In this document: piece by piece, positions 19,587-30,787 of the stretch | How positions within the stretch are numbered: the stretch's first letter is position 1 | Layout of the letters: each line of letters opens with the position of its first letter | NCBI GenBank assembly: GCA_044360485.1 | Contig: JBIKKG010000001.1 | Coordinates: 1-60,735 of the forward strand | Reading direction: 5' to 3' | From: Burkholderiaceae bacterium | GTDB taxonomy: Bacteria > Pseudomonadota > Gammaproteobacteria > Burkholderiales > Burkholderiaceae_E | Length of the DNA: 60,735 nucleotides | The notes under the pieces: model-generated | What the model was told of the DNA's origin: nothing | The model's database searches: none | Seen by the model: only the letters and a program-made list of their open reading frames with translations | Position numbers and translations under genes: made by a program

Positions 19587-20801
19587 TCAGGTGGGCGGGG
19601 CGCCCCGGTTAGCGCGCAGCACGCCCATCAATCCGCCCGCCACCAGCATGGCCATCCCCCAGAACAGGATGCCAACGCCGAACACGCCCCCCAATGCACC
19701 GAACGCAAGCGGCAGCGCGGTCTGTGTGCCGAAGACCAAGGTCAGGCGCAAGCCCGTGGCCTCGCCGAGGCGCTCAGGTGGGGCCACCCGCGCCAGGATC
19801 GACATGGTCATCGGCTGCGAGACACCCAGACCCAGGCCCAGGACAAACGAGAGGATGAAGAGCGCTTCGAGTTGATCGAAAAACGGATAGGCCACATACA
19901 CCGCCACCGCAACGATCAATGATGCGGAAATGACTGTCCACTCACGCACGTTCATCAGAAAGATCGGCGTGATCACGCGGACTACGAGTGACGCGATAGC
20001 GTACGCCCCCAGGATGAGTCCGATGGTCGATGCCGACAAGCCTTTACTGGCGCCATAGAGCGGCACCAGAAACTGATGCACCTCCCAGGCCGACGAAATC
20101 AGTGCCACCACCATATAGAGCCGGCGCAATTCCGGGGTGCTAAGCAGATCGCGCAGACGGGCTGTGGGAGACGGCGACGGCGCCGACGCGAGTGGCCGGT
20201 GCTGCAAGCGCGCGCCCATCCAACGCATCCAGATGATTGAGATCATCGGCAACAACGCAAGGACGCCGAATGCAGCTCTGTGCCCAATCCCATCGATCAG
20301 AAAACCCGTGATCGTGGGTCCCAGAAATGCCGAGACCGAAAACCCGATGGCCATCAGGCTTAGGTTGTGACGGCGACGCTCAATGGGCCCTGCCTGAGAG
20401 ATCAGTTTCTGGATCGCCAGATGGAATGGCAGATAGCCCACTCCGATCACCATGCAGGCCAGGGCAAGCATAGGCATCGACAGCCAGGCCGCCGGGGCAA
20501 GGGTGCCTGCAATCACCAAGCCTGTGCCCAGGATCATGGGCACGCGAGCGCCAATGCGATCGACCCAGCGTCCGCCTGCCACTGCCAGCAACATCGGCAG
20601 CACCCCAAGCAGCGCCAGAAGCGCTCCGACGACGAACGTCGACGCCTGCAGATGGAGCGCCGAGAGCGTCAGACAAACGCGCGCACCGCTGAACGCAACA
20701 TGGTTGAGCACCGACAGTGCAATCAGCGGATGGACCCCAACCGCGCGCTCGACCTCAACCGGATCGGATGGGCCCGTGCCGGGTGCTGAATCGCGCGTCA
20801 C
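19587..20801 (-). CDS. MFS transporter
   Basis: 404-aa protein with 12 predicted TM segments and the MFS loop motif [11 protein letters not shown]. The only upstream start is GTG at 20801, which overlaps the alaS stop (GTGA). Confidence 0.8.
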   Translation of the reverse strand: MTRDSAPGTGPSDPVEVERAVGVHPLIALSVLNHVAFSGARVCLTLSALHLQASTFVVGALLALLGVLPMLLAVAGGRWVDRIGARVPMILGTGLVIAGTLAPAAWLSMPMLALACMVIGVGYLPFHLAIQKLISQAGPIERRRHNLSLMAIGFSVSAFLGPTITGFLIDGIGHRAAFGVLALLPMISIIWMRWMGARLQHRPLASAPSPSPTARLRDLLSTPELRRLYMVVALISSAWEVHQFLVPLYGASKGLSASTIGLILGAYAIASLVVRVITPIFLMNVREWTVISASLIVAVAVYVAYPFFDQLEALFILSFVLGLGLGVSQPMTMSILARVAPPERLGEATGLRLTLVFGTQTALPLAFGALGGVFGVGILFWGMAMLVAGGLMGVLRANRGAPPT

Positions 20802-23410
20802 GCGCGCTCGGCCACCCAGCCCTGAACGGAAGCCAGCGCGCCTGGCACGGCCTTGGGGTCGGTGCCGCCGGCCATCGCCAGATCGGGCTTTCCGCCGCCC
20901 TTGCCACCCACCTGCTGTGCAACGAAATTGACCAGCTCGCCTGCCTTGATGCGTCCGACCGCTTCCGGCGACACCCCGGCTGCGAGCTGCACCTTGCCAT
21001 CGGCGACTGACGCCAGCACGATGACCGCAGGACGCAGCTTGTCCTTGAGCTTGTCCAGGGTCTCGCGCAATGCGCGCGCATCGGCACCGTCCAAAACCGC
21101 GGTCAGCAGGTTCAGGTCCTTGACCTTCACGGCTGCGGCCATCAGATCGTCCCCCTGACTGGACGCCAGCTTGGACTTCAAACGGACGATTTCCTTCTCA
21201 GCCGCTCGGTTGGCTTCCAGCAGATGCTCGATCTTGCCGGACAACTCGTTCACAGGTGCCTTGAAGGCCGCTGCGGCGCCTTGCAGGGTGTGCTCAATGT
21301 CTTGAACCCAGCCCAGGGCCACATCGCCGGTGACCGCCTCGACGCGACGGATGCCAGCGGCCACACCGCCCTCTGTGACGATCTTGAACAGACCGATGTC
21401 ACCGGTGCGCCCCACATGGGTGCCGCCGCACAATTCGCGGCTGCTGCCAATGTCGAGCACCCGCACTGAATCGCCGTATTTCTCGCCAAACAAGGCCATC
21501 GCGCCATGAGCCACGGCATCATCAAAGGCCATCACCTGTGCCGACGTGGCAGCATTGGCCAGAATTTCGCCATTCACTCGCTGCTCGACAGCCCGGATCT
21601 GCTCGGCGGTCATGGGCGCGTTGTGAGAGAAGTCGAAGCGCGTCTTGTCGGCATCGACGAGTGAACCCTTCTGTTGCACATGGGTGCCGAGCACCTCGCG
21701 CAGCGCGGCGTGCATCAGGTGGGTGGCCGAGTGGTGGCGCATGGTGCGGGCGCGACGCGCGGCATCCACGCGCGCATTCACCGTCTCGCCGACCGACAGT
21801 TGGCCACTCACCAGCCTGCCGTGATGCCCGAACACATCCGCTTGTACTTTCAGCGTATCCAACACTTCAAAGCGTGCGCCCGCTGATTCCAGTTGCCCCT
21901 GATCGCCTGCCTGCCCACCGGATTCGGCATAGAACGGAGTGGCCTCCAGCACGACGACTGCATCCTGGCCGGCTTGTACGCGGTTCACCGACACACCATC
22001 GACGTATAACGCACTTACCCGTGCGTCATCCAGGGTGATTTGCTCGTAGCCATGAAACTGCGTGGCCACGCCGCTGTAGTCGAGCGAGCCACCCATGCGG
22101 AACTTGCCGGCTGCTCGCGCGGTTTCGCGCTGTCGGGTCATGGCTGCATCAAACCCGGACGAATCGACCTCGACGCCGCGCTCCCTGCAGACATCGGCGG
22201 TCAGATCCAGTGGGAAACCATACGTGTCGTACAGCTTGAACGCGGTTTCGCCATCAAGGACCTGGGCGCCGCTTGCCAGCGCTGCGTTCAGGATCTGCAT
22301 GCCGTGTTCAAGCGTTTCGCCAAAGCGCTCTTCTTCCTGACGCAGCACATCCATCACGCGCGCCTGCGCCTCGCGCAGTTCAGGGTAGGCCTCACCCATG
22401 GCCTCGACCAGATCCGGCACAATGCGATGAAAGAACGGCCTGCTCTGTCCAAGCTTGTGGCCGTGGCGCAGCGCACGACGAGCGATCCGGCGCAGCACAT
22501 AGCCGCGACCTTCACTCCCCGGAATGACGCCATCCACGATCAGAAACGAGCACGCGCGAATGTGGTCGGCGATGACGCGCAACGACGGCACATGCAGATC
22601 GTTGACCCCGGTCTCGCGGGCCGCGGCGGCAATCAGCCGCTGAAACAGGTCAATCTCGTAGTTGCTGTGCACGCCCTGCAGAACCGCTGCAATCCGTTCC
22701 AGGCCCATGCCGGTATCAACACACGGCTTAGGCAGGGGATGCAGTGTGCCCGCCTCGTCCCGGTCGAACTGCATGAAGACCAGGTTCCAGATCTCGATGT
22801 AGCGGTCACCATCTTCGTCGGGGCTTCCGGGCGGACCGCCCTGCACATCAGGCCCGTGGTCGAAGAATATTTCAGAGCACGGCCCGCACGGCCCGGTATC
22901 GGCCATCTGCCAGAAATTGTCGGACGCATACCGCGCGCCCTTGTTGTCGCCGATGCGCACGATCCGCGCAGCCGGCACGCCGACTTCCTTGGACCAGATA
23001 TCGAAGGCCTCGTCGTCTTCCTGGTAAACCGTGATCCAGAGCTTTTCAGCAGGCAGCTTGTAGACGCCTGTGAGCAACTCCCACGCATAGCGGATCGCGT
23101 CGCGCTTGAAATAGTCGCCGAACGAGAAGTTGCCCAGCATCTCGAAAAACGTGTGATGACGGGCGGTGTAGCCCACGTTCTCGAGGTCGTTGTGCTTGCC
23201 TCCCGCGCGCACACTGCGTTGCGAGGTGGTCGCGCGCTTATACGGCCGCGGATCCTTGCCCAGAAACACGTCCTTGAACTGCACCATGCCGCTGTTTGTG
23301 AACAGCAGCGTGGGGTCGTTGGCCGGCACCAGCGAGGAGGAACGAACGATCGTGTGGCCCTGGGACTCGAAGTACTCCAGGAACTTGCGGCGAATGTCGG
23401 CCGAGTTCAT
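20798..23410 (-). CDS. alaS: Alanine--tRNA ligase
   Basis: 870-aa protein. The N-terminus [46 protein letters not shown] is unmistakably AlaRS. The editing-domain HxxxH...CGGTH motifs are present ([14 protein letters not shown]). Confidence 0.95.
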   Translation of the reverse strand: MNSADIRRKFLEYFESQGHTIVRSSSLVPANDPTLLFTNSGMVQFKDVFLGKDPRPYKRATTSQRSVRAGGKHNDLENVGYTARHHTFFEMLGNFSFGDYFKRDAIRYAWELLTGVYKLPAEKLWITVYQEDDEAFDIWSKEVGVPAARIVRIGDNKGARYASDNFWQMADTGPCGPCSEIFFDHGPDVQGGPPGSPDEDGDRYIEIWNLVFMQFDRDEAGTLHPLPKPCVDTGMGLERIAAVLQGVHSNYEIDLFQRLIAAAARETGVNDLHVPSLRVIADHIRACSFLIVDGVIPGSEGRGYVLRRIARRALRHGHKLGQSRPFFHRIVPDLVEAMGEAYPELREAQARVMDVLRQEEERFGETLEHGMQILNAALASGAQVLDGETAFKLYDTYGFPLDLTADVCRERGVEVDSSGFDAAMTRQRETARAAGKFRMGGSLDYSGVATQFHGYEQITLDDARVSALYVDGVSVNRVQAGQDAVVVLEATPFYAESGGQAGDQGQLESAGARFEVLDTLKVQADVFGHHGRLVSGQLSVGETVNARVDAARRARTMRHHSATHLMHAALREVLGTHVQQKGSLVDADKTRFDFSHNAPMTAEQIRAVEQRVNGEILANAATSAQVMAFDDAVAHGAMALFGEKYGDSVRVLDIGSSRELCGGTHVGRTGDIGLFKIVTEGGVAAGIRRVEAVTGDVALGWVQDIEHTLQGAAAAFKAPVNELSGKIEHLLEANRAAEKEIVRLKSKLASSQGDDLMAAAVKVKDLNLLTAVLDGADARALRETLDKLKDKLRPAVIVLASVADGKVQLAAGVSPEAVGRIKAGELVNFVAQQVGGKGGGKPDLAMAGGTDPKAVPGALASVQGWVAERA

Positions 23411-23595
23411 CTCTTTGATTCAACGGGAAATTCAGATCGGATTTGAGGGTATCACAGCAAAACGGGCCGGAATCAGTGCGCGCTGCATGCGCGCCGACCC
23501 ATTGCACGCAGGCGATCGCAGGCGATGCGTCCGCATAAAGCGCTGACCAAACCCGCTACCATCATCGCCTTCCTCTTCCCTCTCCGAGCACTTCC

Positions 23596-24819
23596 ATGCC
23601 CCAAGCCCTTGAAGGAATCCGTGTCCTCGACATGTCACGCGTCTTGGCGGGTCCGTGGTGCGGACAGAATCTGGCCGATCTTGGTGCAGAAGTCATTAAG
23701 GTCGAGCGCCCCGGTGCAGGCGATGACACCCGCGGATGGGGCCCCCCTTTCCTGAAGCGCGCTGATGGCAGTGACACCGAAGACTCGGCGTACTTTTTGG
23801 CCGCCAATCGGGGCAAACAGTCGATCACTGTGGACCTGGCCTGCGCCGAAGGCCAGCGGATCATCCGCGAGTTGGCTGCGGTATGCGATGTGGTCCTCGA
23901 GAACTACAAGGTGGGTGATCTTGCCAAGTACGGCCTGGACTACGCGAAACTCTCGGCGATTAATCCGCGCCTCATTTACTGCTCGGTGACGGGGTTCGGA
24001 CAGACAGGTCCATGGTCGCACCGCGCGGGCTACGACTTCATCATCCAAGGCCTGGCCGGCTTGATGTCAGTCACGGGCGAAGCGGACGACCGTCCAGGCG
24101 GTGGCCCCCAGAAGGCCGGAGTCGCTGTGGCCGACCTGTCGACAGGTCTGTATGCCACGCAGGCCGTGCTGGCCGCGCTCTTTCATCGTGAACGCACCGG
24201 CGAGGGGCAGTACATCGACATGGCCTTGCTGGATGTGCAGGTGGCCATGACGGCCAATATGAGCTCCAACTATCTGCACAGTGGACAACCGCCCAAGCGC
24301 TGGGGCAATGCCCACCCTAATCTGGTGCCGTACCAGACCTTCAAGGCATCAGACGGCTGGATCATTGTGGCCTGTGGCAATGATGGTCAGTGGCGTCGCT
24401 TCTGCACCATCGGGGGGCGCCCCGACCTGCCGGATGATCCGCGATTCGCCCGCGTGCAAGACCGTATCCGTAATCGAGAGGACTTGGTCCCGCTGCTGGA
24501 AGCAATGGTGGCAGGCAAGACCCAGAGCGAATGGATTGATGAAATGGAAGGCCAGGGAGTGCCCTGCGGACCCATCAACGATTTTCGTCAGGTGTATGAA
24601 AATCCGCAGGTGCAGGCGCGCAACATGTGCATCGAATTGCCACGTGAGGACGCTGGCGCAGTCAGACTCGTGGCTAATCCGATCAAGGCCTCGCGCACGC
24701 CGCCGGCCTATCGCAGCGCGCCGCCCAGGCTCGGAGAACATACCGAACAGGTCCTGAGCAGGGTGCTGGGATGGAGTGCCCAGCAGATTGCAGCAGCGCG
24801 ATCAGCCGGCTCGATCTGA
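23596..24819 (+). CDS. CoA-transferase family III protein (CaiB/BaiF type)
   Basis: 407-aa protein with the characteristic family III N-terminus LEGIRVLDMSRVLAGPWCGQNLADLGAEVIKVERPGAGDDTRGWGPP. Confidence 0.9.
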   Translation: MPQALEGIRVLDMSRVLAGPWCGQNLADLGAEVIKVERPGAGDDTRGWGPPFLKRADGSDTEDSAYFLAANRGKQSITVDLACAEGQRIIRELAAVCDVVLENYKVGDLAKYGLDYAKLSAINPRLIYCSVTGFGQTGPWSHRAGYDFIIQGLAGLMSVTGEADDRPGGGPQKAGVAVADLSTGLYATQAVLAALFHRERTGEGQYIDMALLDVQVAMTANMSSNYLHSGQPPKRWGNAHPNLVPYQTFKASDGWIIVACGNDGQWRRFCTIGGRPDLPDDPRFARVQDRIRNREDLVPLLEAMVAGKTQSEWIDEMEGQGVPCGPINDFRQVYENPQVQARNMCIELPREDAGAVRLVANPIKASRTPPAYRSAPPRLGEHTEQVLSRVLGWSAQQIAAARSAGSI

Positions 24820-25016
24820 AGGTCGGCCGAATAAACTCAGGCCGAGGGGCTCTCGCAGCAGCTCAATATCAGAAAATTTCGTGCGAAGAGGGCAAGGAGG
24901 CTTGCCAGCCGGCTCGGCTCGGGTAGACTTCGCGCTGCTAAACGCCCAACGATTGATGACATTCGGGGCGGAATTCTCGGGCGCAAGCATCCCGGGAAAC
25001 TTCTGGAGACGTATTC

Positions 25017-25478
25017 ATGAAAATCCGCAATCAACGCGACTTCTGGTCCGGTGTGCTCTTCGTGATCACCGGCGTGCTGTTCATGATTCTGTCGCGGCAG
25101 TACCAGTTCGGCACGGCCGCCAAAATGGGGCCTGGCTTTTTTCCGACGATGCTGGGCGGCATCATGACGGTTCTTGGCGTGATGCTGGCCCTGCCAGCGA
25201 TGAGTTCCAAGTCACCAGAGATCAAGGTCGATCGAATCGATTTCAAGGTCATCGGCGTCATCCTTTTGGCAGTTGGAATCTATGCAGCGACGCTCCCCAC
25301 GCTGGGATTCATCGTTTCGCTGTTCCTGCTAATTTTCATCTCGTCAATGGCCAGTCATGAGTTCACACTCAAGACCACCGCCATCTCTTCGGTCGTCTTG
25401 CTGATTTTTTCCTGGCTCGTCTTCGTGAAGGGGCTGGAACTTCAGTTCCCCTTCCTGCCGACCTTCCTGACGCGCTAA
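25017..25478 (+). CDS. tctB: Tripartite tricarboxylate transporter small membrane subunit (TctB family)
   Basis: 153-aa protein with four TM segments, located immediately upstream of tctA. Confidence 0.8.
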   Translation: MKIRNQRDFWSGVLFVITGVLFMILSRQYQFGTAAKMGPGFFPTMLGGIMTVLGVMLALPAMSSKSPEIKVDRIDFKVIGVILLAVGIYAATLPTLGFIVSLFLLIFISSMASHEFTLKTTAISSVVLLIFSWLVFVKGLELQFPFLPTFLTR

Positions 25479-25533
25479 ACCCGCGTTAGGCAATACGAGC
25501 GACGCTGCACTAGAGTACTTACAGGACCGCAAT

Positions 25534-27042
25534 ATGGAACTGATTAACAATCTCGCCCTCGGACTGAGCACCGCAGGGACCCTGGTCAATCTGATGTACT
25601 GCTTCATCGGGGTGGTGCTGGGCACGCTGATCGGCGTGCTGCCTGGCATCGGGCCGCTGGCGACCATCGCCATGCTGCTGCCTGCAACGTACAAGATGAC
25701 CGACCCGACCACAGCCTTGATCATGCTGGCCGGCATCTATTACGGCGCGCAGTATGGCGGCTCCACCACAGCTATTCTGGTGAACCTGCCGGGCGAGTCC
25801 TCCTCGGTAGTGACCACGCTCGATGGCTACCAGATGGCACGCAAGGGGCGTGCCGGTGCTGCGTTGGCCATCGCCGCCATCGGCTCCTTCATAGCAGGCA
25901 CGGTGGGTACCCTCATGCTGGCGGCGTTTGCGCCGCCTCTTGCCGAAGTAGCCTTCAAGTTCGGTCCGGCCGAATACTTCTCGCTGATGGTGCTGGGTCT
26001 CATTGGTGCAGTGGTGCTGGCCCATGGCTCTGTGCTCAAGGCCCTGGCCATGGTGGTCTTCGGCCTGCTGCTCGGCATGGTGGGAACCGACGTCAATTCG
26101 GGCGTAGCCCGCTTTTCGTTCGATGTGCCCGAGCTCTCCGACGGCATCGAGTTCGTGGCCGTCGCCATGGGCATGTTCGGCTTTGCCGAGATCATCCTGA
26201 ATCTCGAGCAAAAGGAAAAACGCGAGGTCTTTACCAGCAAGGTGACCAACCTCTTCCCCCGCTGGGACGATTTCAAGTTGGCCTTGCCCGCGATTCTGCG
26301 CGGCACAGGTATTGGCTCTCTGTTGGGTATCCTGCCGGGCGGCGGAGCAGTCCTGTCATCGTTTGCGTCCTACGCCATTGAGAAGAAAATCTCCAAGACG
26401 CCTGAGGAATTTGGCAAGGGCGCGATCCAAGGTGTGGCGGGTCCCGAGTCGGCCAACAATGCCGGCGCGCAGATGTCGTTCATCCCTATGCTCACTCTGG
26501 GCATTCCGACCAACCCTGTCATGGCCTTGATGGTGGCCGCCATGATGATCCACAACATTCAGCCTGGCCCGCAGGTGATGACCAGCAACCCCAATCTGTT
26601 CTGGGGCCTGATTGTGTCGATGTGGATCGGCAACCTGATGCTGGTGATTCTGAACCTGCCGCTGATTGGCCTCTGGGTGAAGCTGCTGTCGGTGCCCTAC
26701 CGCATCATGTACCCGGCCATCTTGCTGTTCTGCTGCATCGGCTGCTACTCGATCAACAACAACGTCTTCGACGTGTTCATGACGATCCCGTTTGCGATCC
26801 TGGGCTACATCTTCAAAAAGCTTGACTGCGAGCCGGCGCCGATGCTGCTGGGCTTCGTGTTGGGCAAGCTCATGGAGGAATACCTCAGGCGAGCCATGAC
26901 CATCTCGCGTGGTGACTGGACCGTGTTCTTCACGCGTCCTCTGTCTGCCACGCTGCTGGTGATGGCCATCATCCTGCTGTTGATCGTGTTCCTGCCGGCC
27001 ATCTCCAAGAAGCGCGAAGAAGCCTTCGCCGGCGACGACTGA
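25534..27042 (+). CDS. tctA: Tripartite tricarboxylate transporter large permease (TctA family)
   Basis: 502-aa polytopic protein with TctA-like blocks GVLPGIGP and GILPGGGA. It is paired with tctB. Confidence 0.9.
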   Translation: MELINNLALGLSTAGTLVNLMYCFIGVVLGTLIGVLPGIGPLATIAMLLPATYKMTDPTTALIMLAGIYYGAQYGGSTTAILVNLPGESSSVVTTLDGYQMARKGRAGAALAIAAIGSFIAGTVGTLMLAAFAPPLAEVAFKFGPAEYFSLMVLGLIGAVVLAHGSVLKALAMVVFGLLLGMVGTDVNSGVARFSFDVPELSDGIEFVAVAMGMFGFAEIILNLEQKEKREVFTSKVTNLFPRWDDFKLALPAILRGTGIGSLLGILPGGGAVLSSFASYAIEKKISKTPEEFGKGAIQGVAGPESANNAGAQMSFIPMLTLGIPTNPVMALMVAAMMIHNIQPGPQVMTSNPNLFWGLIVSMWIGNLMLVILNLPLIGLWVKLLSVPYRIMYPAILLFCCIGCYSINNNVFDVFMTIPFAILGYIFKKLDCEPAPMLLGFVLGKLMEEYLRRAMTISRGDWTVFFTRPLSATLLVMAIILLLIVFLPAISKKREEAFAGDD

Positions 27043-27073
27043 TCGCTTGCTCTACTTGGTCTGGTCTGAATCA

Positions 27074-27098
27074 GGGCCGCCTTCGGGCGGCCCTTTTC
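27074..27098 (+). terminator. Rho-independent terminator after tctA
   Basis: GGGCCGCC-TTCG-GGCGGCCC followed by TTTT, located 30 nt after the tctA stop. Confidence 0.65.
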
Positions 27099-27349
27099 AT
27101 TGCGGGCCCAAGACCCTCCGGTGTGTCCCCAGAGCACCATGGCCGCGGTGCCATGCACCACGCGTCAAGCCCCAGGGATCGGCTGCTGCGCCACAGTACG
27201 CTCTGCTAGACTCCGGTCTCGTTTCTGAAGCCTGTCCCAACAGCGCAACGGCCGGTTAGGTCGCACGCTCCACCGCTCTCACCCATTGCGCTGATCCCGC
27301 CGACCCTTCGGGCTTGGCCAACATCGAACACTCATTCGTCCAACACCCC

Positions 27350-28060
27350 ATGGAAGCTCTCAAAGACGTGCAGCTGCTGGCCTTCGATGTGTTCGGCACC
27401 GTTGTCGACTGGCGCGGGTCCGTGGCACTCGAGGTCGAGCGCCTGGGTCTGGGCATCAAGGGCGCTGAGTTCGCCGATGCCTGGCGCCGCCGCTATTTGC
27501 CCTCGATGAAGCAAGTGCGTGAAGGCAAGCGCGAGTGGGTCAACCTCGACACACTGCACCGCGAAAACCTCGATGCCGTGCTGGAAAAGTTCGGCGCAGC
27601 CGGGCGCCTCGACGACGAGGCCAAAGCCCATCTGAATCGAGCCTGGCATCGATTGGATGCCTGGGCCGATTCGGTCGCAGGTCTGACCCGATTGAAGTCG
27701 AAATATGTGGTCACCACGCTGTCCAACGGCAATATCGGATTGCTCACGCACCTGTCCAAGCGGGCAGGCCTGCCCTGGGACTGCATCCTGTCGGCCGAAG
27801 TGTTCAAGGCCTACAAGCCCGATCCGCGCACCTATCTTGGCGTGGCGCAGCTTTTCGCACTCAAACCGGAGCAGGTCATGCTATGTGCGGCGCATGCTGA
27901 AGATTTACGCGCCGCAGCCGCTCAAGGACTGCGCACAGCCTACATCGACCGTCCGCAGGAATGGGGCCCGGATGTGCGAGGCGATATTCCCAATGAGAGC
28001 GACTGCTTCGATGTGCTCGCCACTGACATCCCCGATCTGGCCAGACAACTGAGTTGCTGA
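27350..28060 (+). CDS. HAD-superfamily hydrolase, haloacid dehalogenase type II-like
   Basis: The track ORF starts at TTG 27314, and the first ATG is at 27350. HAD motif I is LLAFDVFGTVVDW. The protein is about 236 aa, the usual length for type II dehalogenases. Confidence 0.75.
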   Translation: MEALKDVQLLAFDVFGTVVDWRGSVALEVERLGLGIKGAEFADAWRRRYLPSMKQVREGKREWVNLDTLHRENLDAVLEKFGAAGRLDDEAKAHLNRAWHRLDAWADSVAGLTRLKSKYVVTTLSNGNIGLLTHLSKRAGLPWDCILSAEVFKAYKPDPRTYLGVAQLFALKPEQVMLCAAHAEDLRAAAAQGLRTAYIDRPQEWGPDVRGDIPNESDCFDVLATDIPDLARQLSC

Positions 28061-28185
28061 CCTGACACGCACCCACTCGCATCAGCCGACGTCTTCCAGA
28101 GCCGGTTGATGTTCGAACTCTCAATTTTTCGCCCCTCAGTTTTCAGCCACTTTGTCTGGCCAATCTATTCAGGACTCGCCTTTCC

Positions 28186-29805
28186 ATGAGCGCCCGCATC
28201 ACCGATTTCGACTGGGTCAACCCCTATCCCACCGTGCGTACGCCGGTATTCGCCCGCAATGTGGTGGCCACTTCGCAACCGCTGGCCGCGCAGGCCGGGT
28301 TGCGCATGCTGGCAGCGGGGGGCAATGCGATCGACGCAATCGTCGCAGCGGCATCGACCATCACACTCACCGAGCCGGTGTCCAATGGCTTAGGCTCCGA
28401 CGCCTTCGCCATCCTCTGGGATGGCAAAAAGCTGCATGGCCTGAACGCCTCGGGATGGTCGCCCAAGGCCTGGGACCCTGCTTATTTCACACGCAAGCAC
28501 GGCGGGCAAATGCCCATGCGCGGCTGGGACTCGGTGACCGTGCCCGGCGCTGTGTCGGCCTGGGGTGCGTTGCATGAAAAATTCGGCAAGCTGCCCTTTG
28601 AGCAGTGCCTGCAGCCGGCCATTGAGTACGCCGAGCGCGGCTACATCGTCTCGACCATCGTTCATCGCAAATGGCAGGCGCAGGCTGATCTGCTGAAGGA
28701 TCAACCAGGGTTTGCGGAACATTTTCTGCCGCGCGGGCGCGTGCCCGAAACCGGTGAGCGCTTCATTCACCCCAGTGCAGCCGGCACACTCAAGCGCATT
28801 GCTGCCACACGCGGGCGCGACTTTTATGAGGGCGAGACGGCCGCGAAAATCGTCGCTTATGCCAAGGCCCAGGGCGCTGTGATGGCCGCCGACGATCTCG
28901 CCGAGTACCGACCCGAGTGGGTCGAGACGATCGGCATGGATTATCTGGGGCACCGTCTGCATGAAATCCCGCCGAATGGTCAGGGCATTGCCGCACTCAT
29001 CGCGCTGGGCATCCTGAAGCATTTCGACATCGCTTCGCTGCACCCCGATTCGGCGCAAAGCCGCCACCTGCAGATCGAAGCCATGAAGTGCGCCTTTGCC
29101 GACGTGTACACGCACGTGGCCGACATTCGCTTCATGAAGCATTCGCCTGCACAGCTGCTCGACCCGGGCTATCTGGCCGAGCGGGCACGCCTCATCAGTC
29201 CTACGCGTGCCACCGACTTCAAGCACGGTACACCTCCTGCGGGCGGCACCATCTATCTCACCGCGGCCGATGAGAACGGCATGATGGTGAGCTACATCCA
29301 GTCCAACTACATGGGCTTCGGGTCAGGCGTAGTGGTGCCAGGCACAGGCGTCTCGCTGCAAAACCGTGGCTACGGATTCACCGCTGACCCAGCCCATGTC
29401 AATGTGGTGGCGCCGCGCAAGCGTCCGTTCCAGACCATCATCCCGGCCTTTCTCACACGTGACGGCAAGCCGCAGATGAGCTTTGGCGTAATGGGCGGCA
29501 ACATGCAACCGCAGGGCCATATGCAGACCCTGGTACGCATGCTGCAGTACAAGCAGAACCCGCAGGCCGCCTGCGATGCGCCGCGCTGGAAGGTCAATCG
29601 TGGCCTGGACATCGATGTGGAATCCACGATGCAAGCCAATGTCATTGATTCGCTGCGTGCCATGGGCCACAACCTCGCTCCGGTCGTCGATCCCTACATG
29701 GACTTCGGCTCAGGCCAGTTCATCTGGCGCATGAGCGAGGACATGGAAGATGGCTACGTGGCCGCCAGCGACAGCCGCCGAGACGGTCACGCGGCAGCAT
29801 TCTGA
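28186..29805 (+). CDS. Gamma-glutamyltransferase family protein
   Basis: 539-aa protein. The autoprocessing/nucleophile region is PPAGGTIYLTAADENGMMVSYIQSNYMGFGSG, and the conserved GVMGGNMQPQGH block is present. Confidence 0.88.
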   Translation: MSARITDFDWVNPYPTVRTPVFARNVVATSQPLAAQAGLRMLAAGGNAIDAIVAAASTITLTEPVSNGLGSDAFAILWDGKKLHGLNASGWSPKAWDPAYFTRKHGGQMPMRGWDSVTVPGAVSAWGALHEKFGKLPFEQCLQPAIEYAERGYIVSTIVHRKWQAQADLLKDQPGFAEHFLPRGRVPETGERFIHPSAAGTLKRIAATRGRDFYEGETAAKIVAYAKAQGAVMAADDLAEYRPEWVETIGMDYLGHRLHEIPPNGQGIAALIALGILKHFDIASLHPDSAQSRHLQIEAMKCAFADVYTHVADIRFMKHSPAQLLDPGYLAERARLISPTRATDFKHGTPPAGGTIYLTAADENGMMVSYIQSNYMGFGSGVVVPGTGVSLQNRGYGFTADPAHVNVVAPRKRPFQTIIPAFLTRDGKPQMSFGVMGGNMQPQGHMQTLVRMLQYKQNPQAACDAPRWKVNRGLDIDVESTMQANVIDSLRAMGHNLAPVVDPYMDFGSGQFIWRMSEDMEDGYVAASDSRRDGHAAAF

Positions 29806-29821
29806 ACGGAGATCTGAACCC

Positions 29822-30724
29822 ATGAGCACGCGCACTTACGATCCGATCACCCCACACACCGTGGCCTTCCTGGGCATGGGCGTGATGGGCGCCCCCATGG
29901 CTGGCCATCTGGCACGTGCAGGTCATCATGTCACGGTCTACAACCGCAGCGCCGCCAAGGCGCAGGCCTGGGTCAAAGAATACGGTGGCAAGTTGGCGGC
30001 CACACCACGTGAAGCCGCGGCCGGTGCGCAGATTGTGTTTGCCTGCGTGGGCAACGATGATGATTTGCGCAGCGTAGTCTTGGGTGCCGATGGCGCGTTT
30101 GTCGGCATGGAGCGCGGCGCGCTGTTCGTGGACCACACTACCGCCTCGGCCGAAGTGGCGCGCGAGCTGTACGCCGCAGCTGGCGAACGCGGGCTGGATT
30201 TTGTCGATGCCCCGGTCTCGGGTGGCCAGGCTGGTGCGGTCAATGGGCTGCTCACCGTGATGTGCGGCGGCGATGCCGCAGCTTTCGAGCGTGCCAAGCC
30301 CGTAGCCATGGCCTTTTCACGCGCCTTCACGCTCATCGGACCCTCGGGAGCCGGGCAACTGGCCAAGATGGTCAATCAGATCTGCATCGCAGGCATCGTG
30401 CAGGGGCTGTCCGAGGGCATTCACTTCGGCCAGTCAGCCGGCATCGATATGAAGCTGGTGCTCGATGTCATCGGCAAGGGCGCGGCGCAGTCCTGGCAGA
30501 TGGACAATCGCGGCAAAACCATGGCCGACGATCAGTTCGAGTTCGGCTTCGCGGTGGACTGGATGCGCAAGGACCTGGGCCTGTGCATCGATGAGTCACG
30601 GCGCAACGGTGCTTCGCTTCCGCTCACTGCACTGGTCGACCAGTTTTATGGCGATGTGCAAAAGCAAGGCGGCGGGCGGTGGGATACGTCCAGCCTCATT
30701 CGACGCCTCAAACGCAAGGGCTAA
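29822..30724 (+). CDS. NAD(P)-dependent beta-hydroxyacid dehydrogenase family oxidoreductase (3-hydroxyisobutyrate dehydrogenase-like)
   Basis: Met25 of track ORF 29750..30724. The Rossmann motif is VAFLGMGVMGAPMAGHLARAGHHVTVYNRS. DAPVSGG and a C-terminal 6PGD-like helical domain are present. Confidence 0.85.
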   Translation: MSTRTYDPITPHTVAFLGMGVMGAPMAGHLARAGHHVTVYNRSAAKAQAWVKEYGGKLAATPREAAAGAQIVFACVGNDDDLRSVVLGADGAFVGMERGALFVDHTTASAEVARELYAAAGERGLDFVDAPVSGGQAGAVNGLLTVMCGGDAAAFERAKPVAMAFSRAFTLIGPSGAGQLAKMVNQICIAGIVQGLSEGIHFGQSAGIDMKLVLDVIGKGAAQSWQMDNRGKTMADDQFEFGFAVDWMRKDLGLCIDESRRNGASLPLTALVDQFYGDVQKQGGGRWDTSSLIRRLKRKG

Positions 30725-30787
30725 GCCGGTGTCCTAGCCGGTCGTCTCGGCGAACGCCCGCGACCGGCGGGCGCAGCACGCCAAACC

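Noticed and set aside
22040-23446. 468-aa ORF on the plus strand
   Set aside because: It is antisense to alaS. It has no recognisable domain and shadow-frame composition.
30755-30773. Hairpin CGCCCGC-GACCG-GCGGGCG between the convergent oxidoreductase and permease genes
   Set aside because: It has no flanking U/A runs on either strand, so I do not call it a terminator with any confidence.
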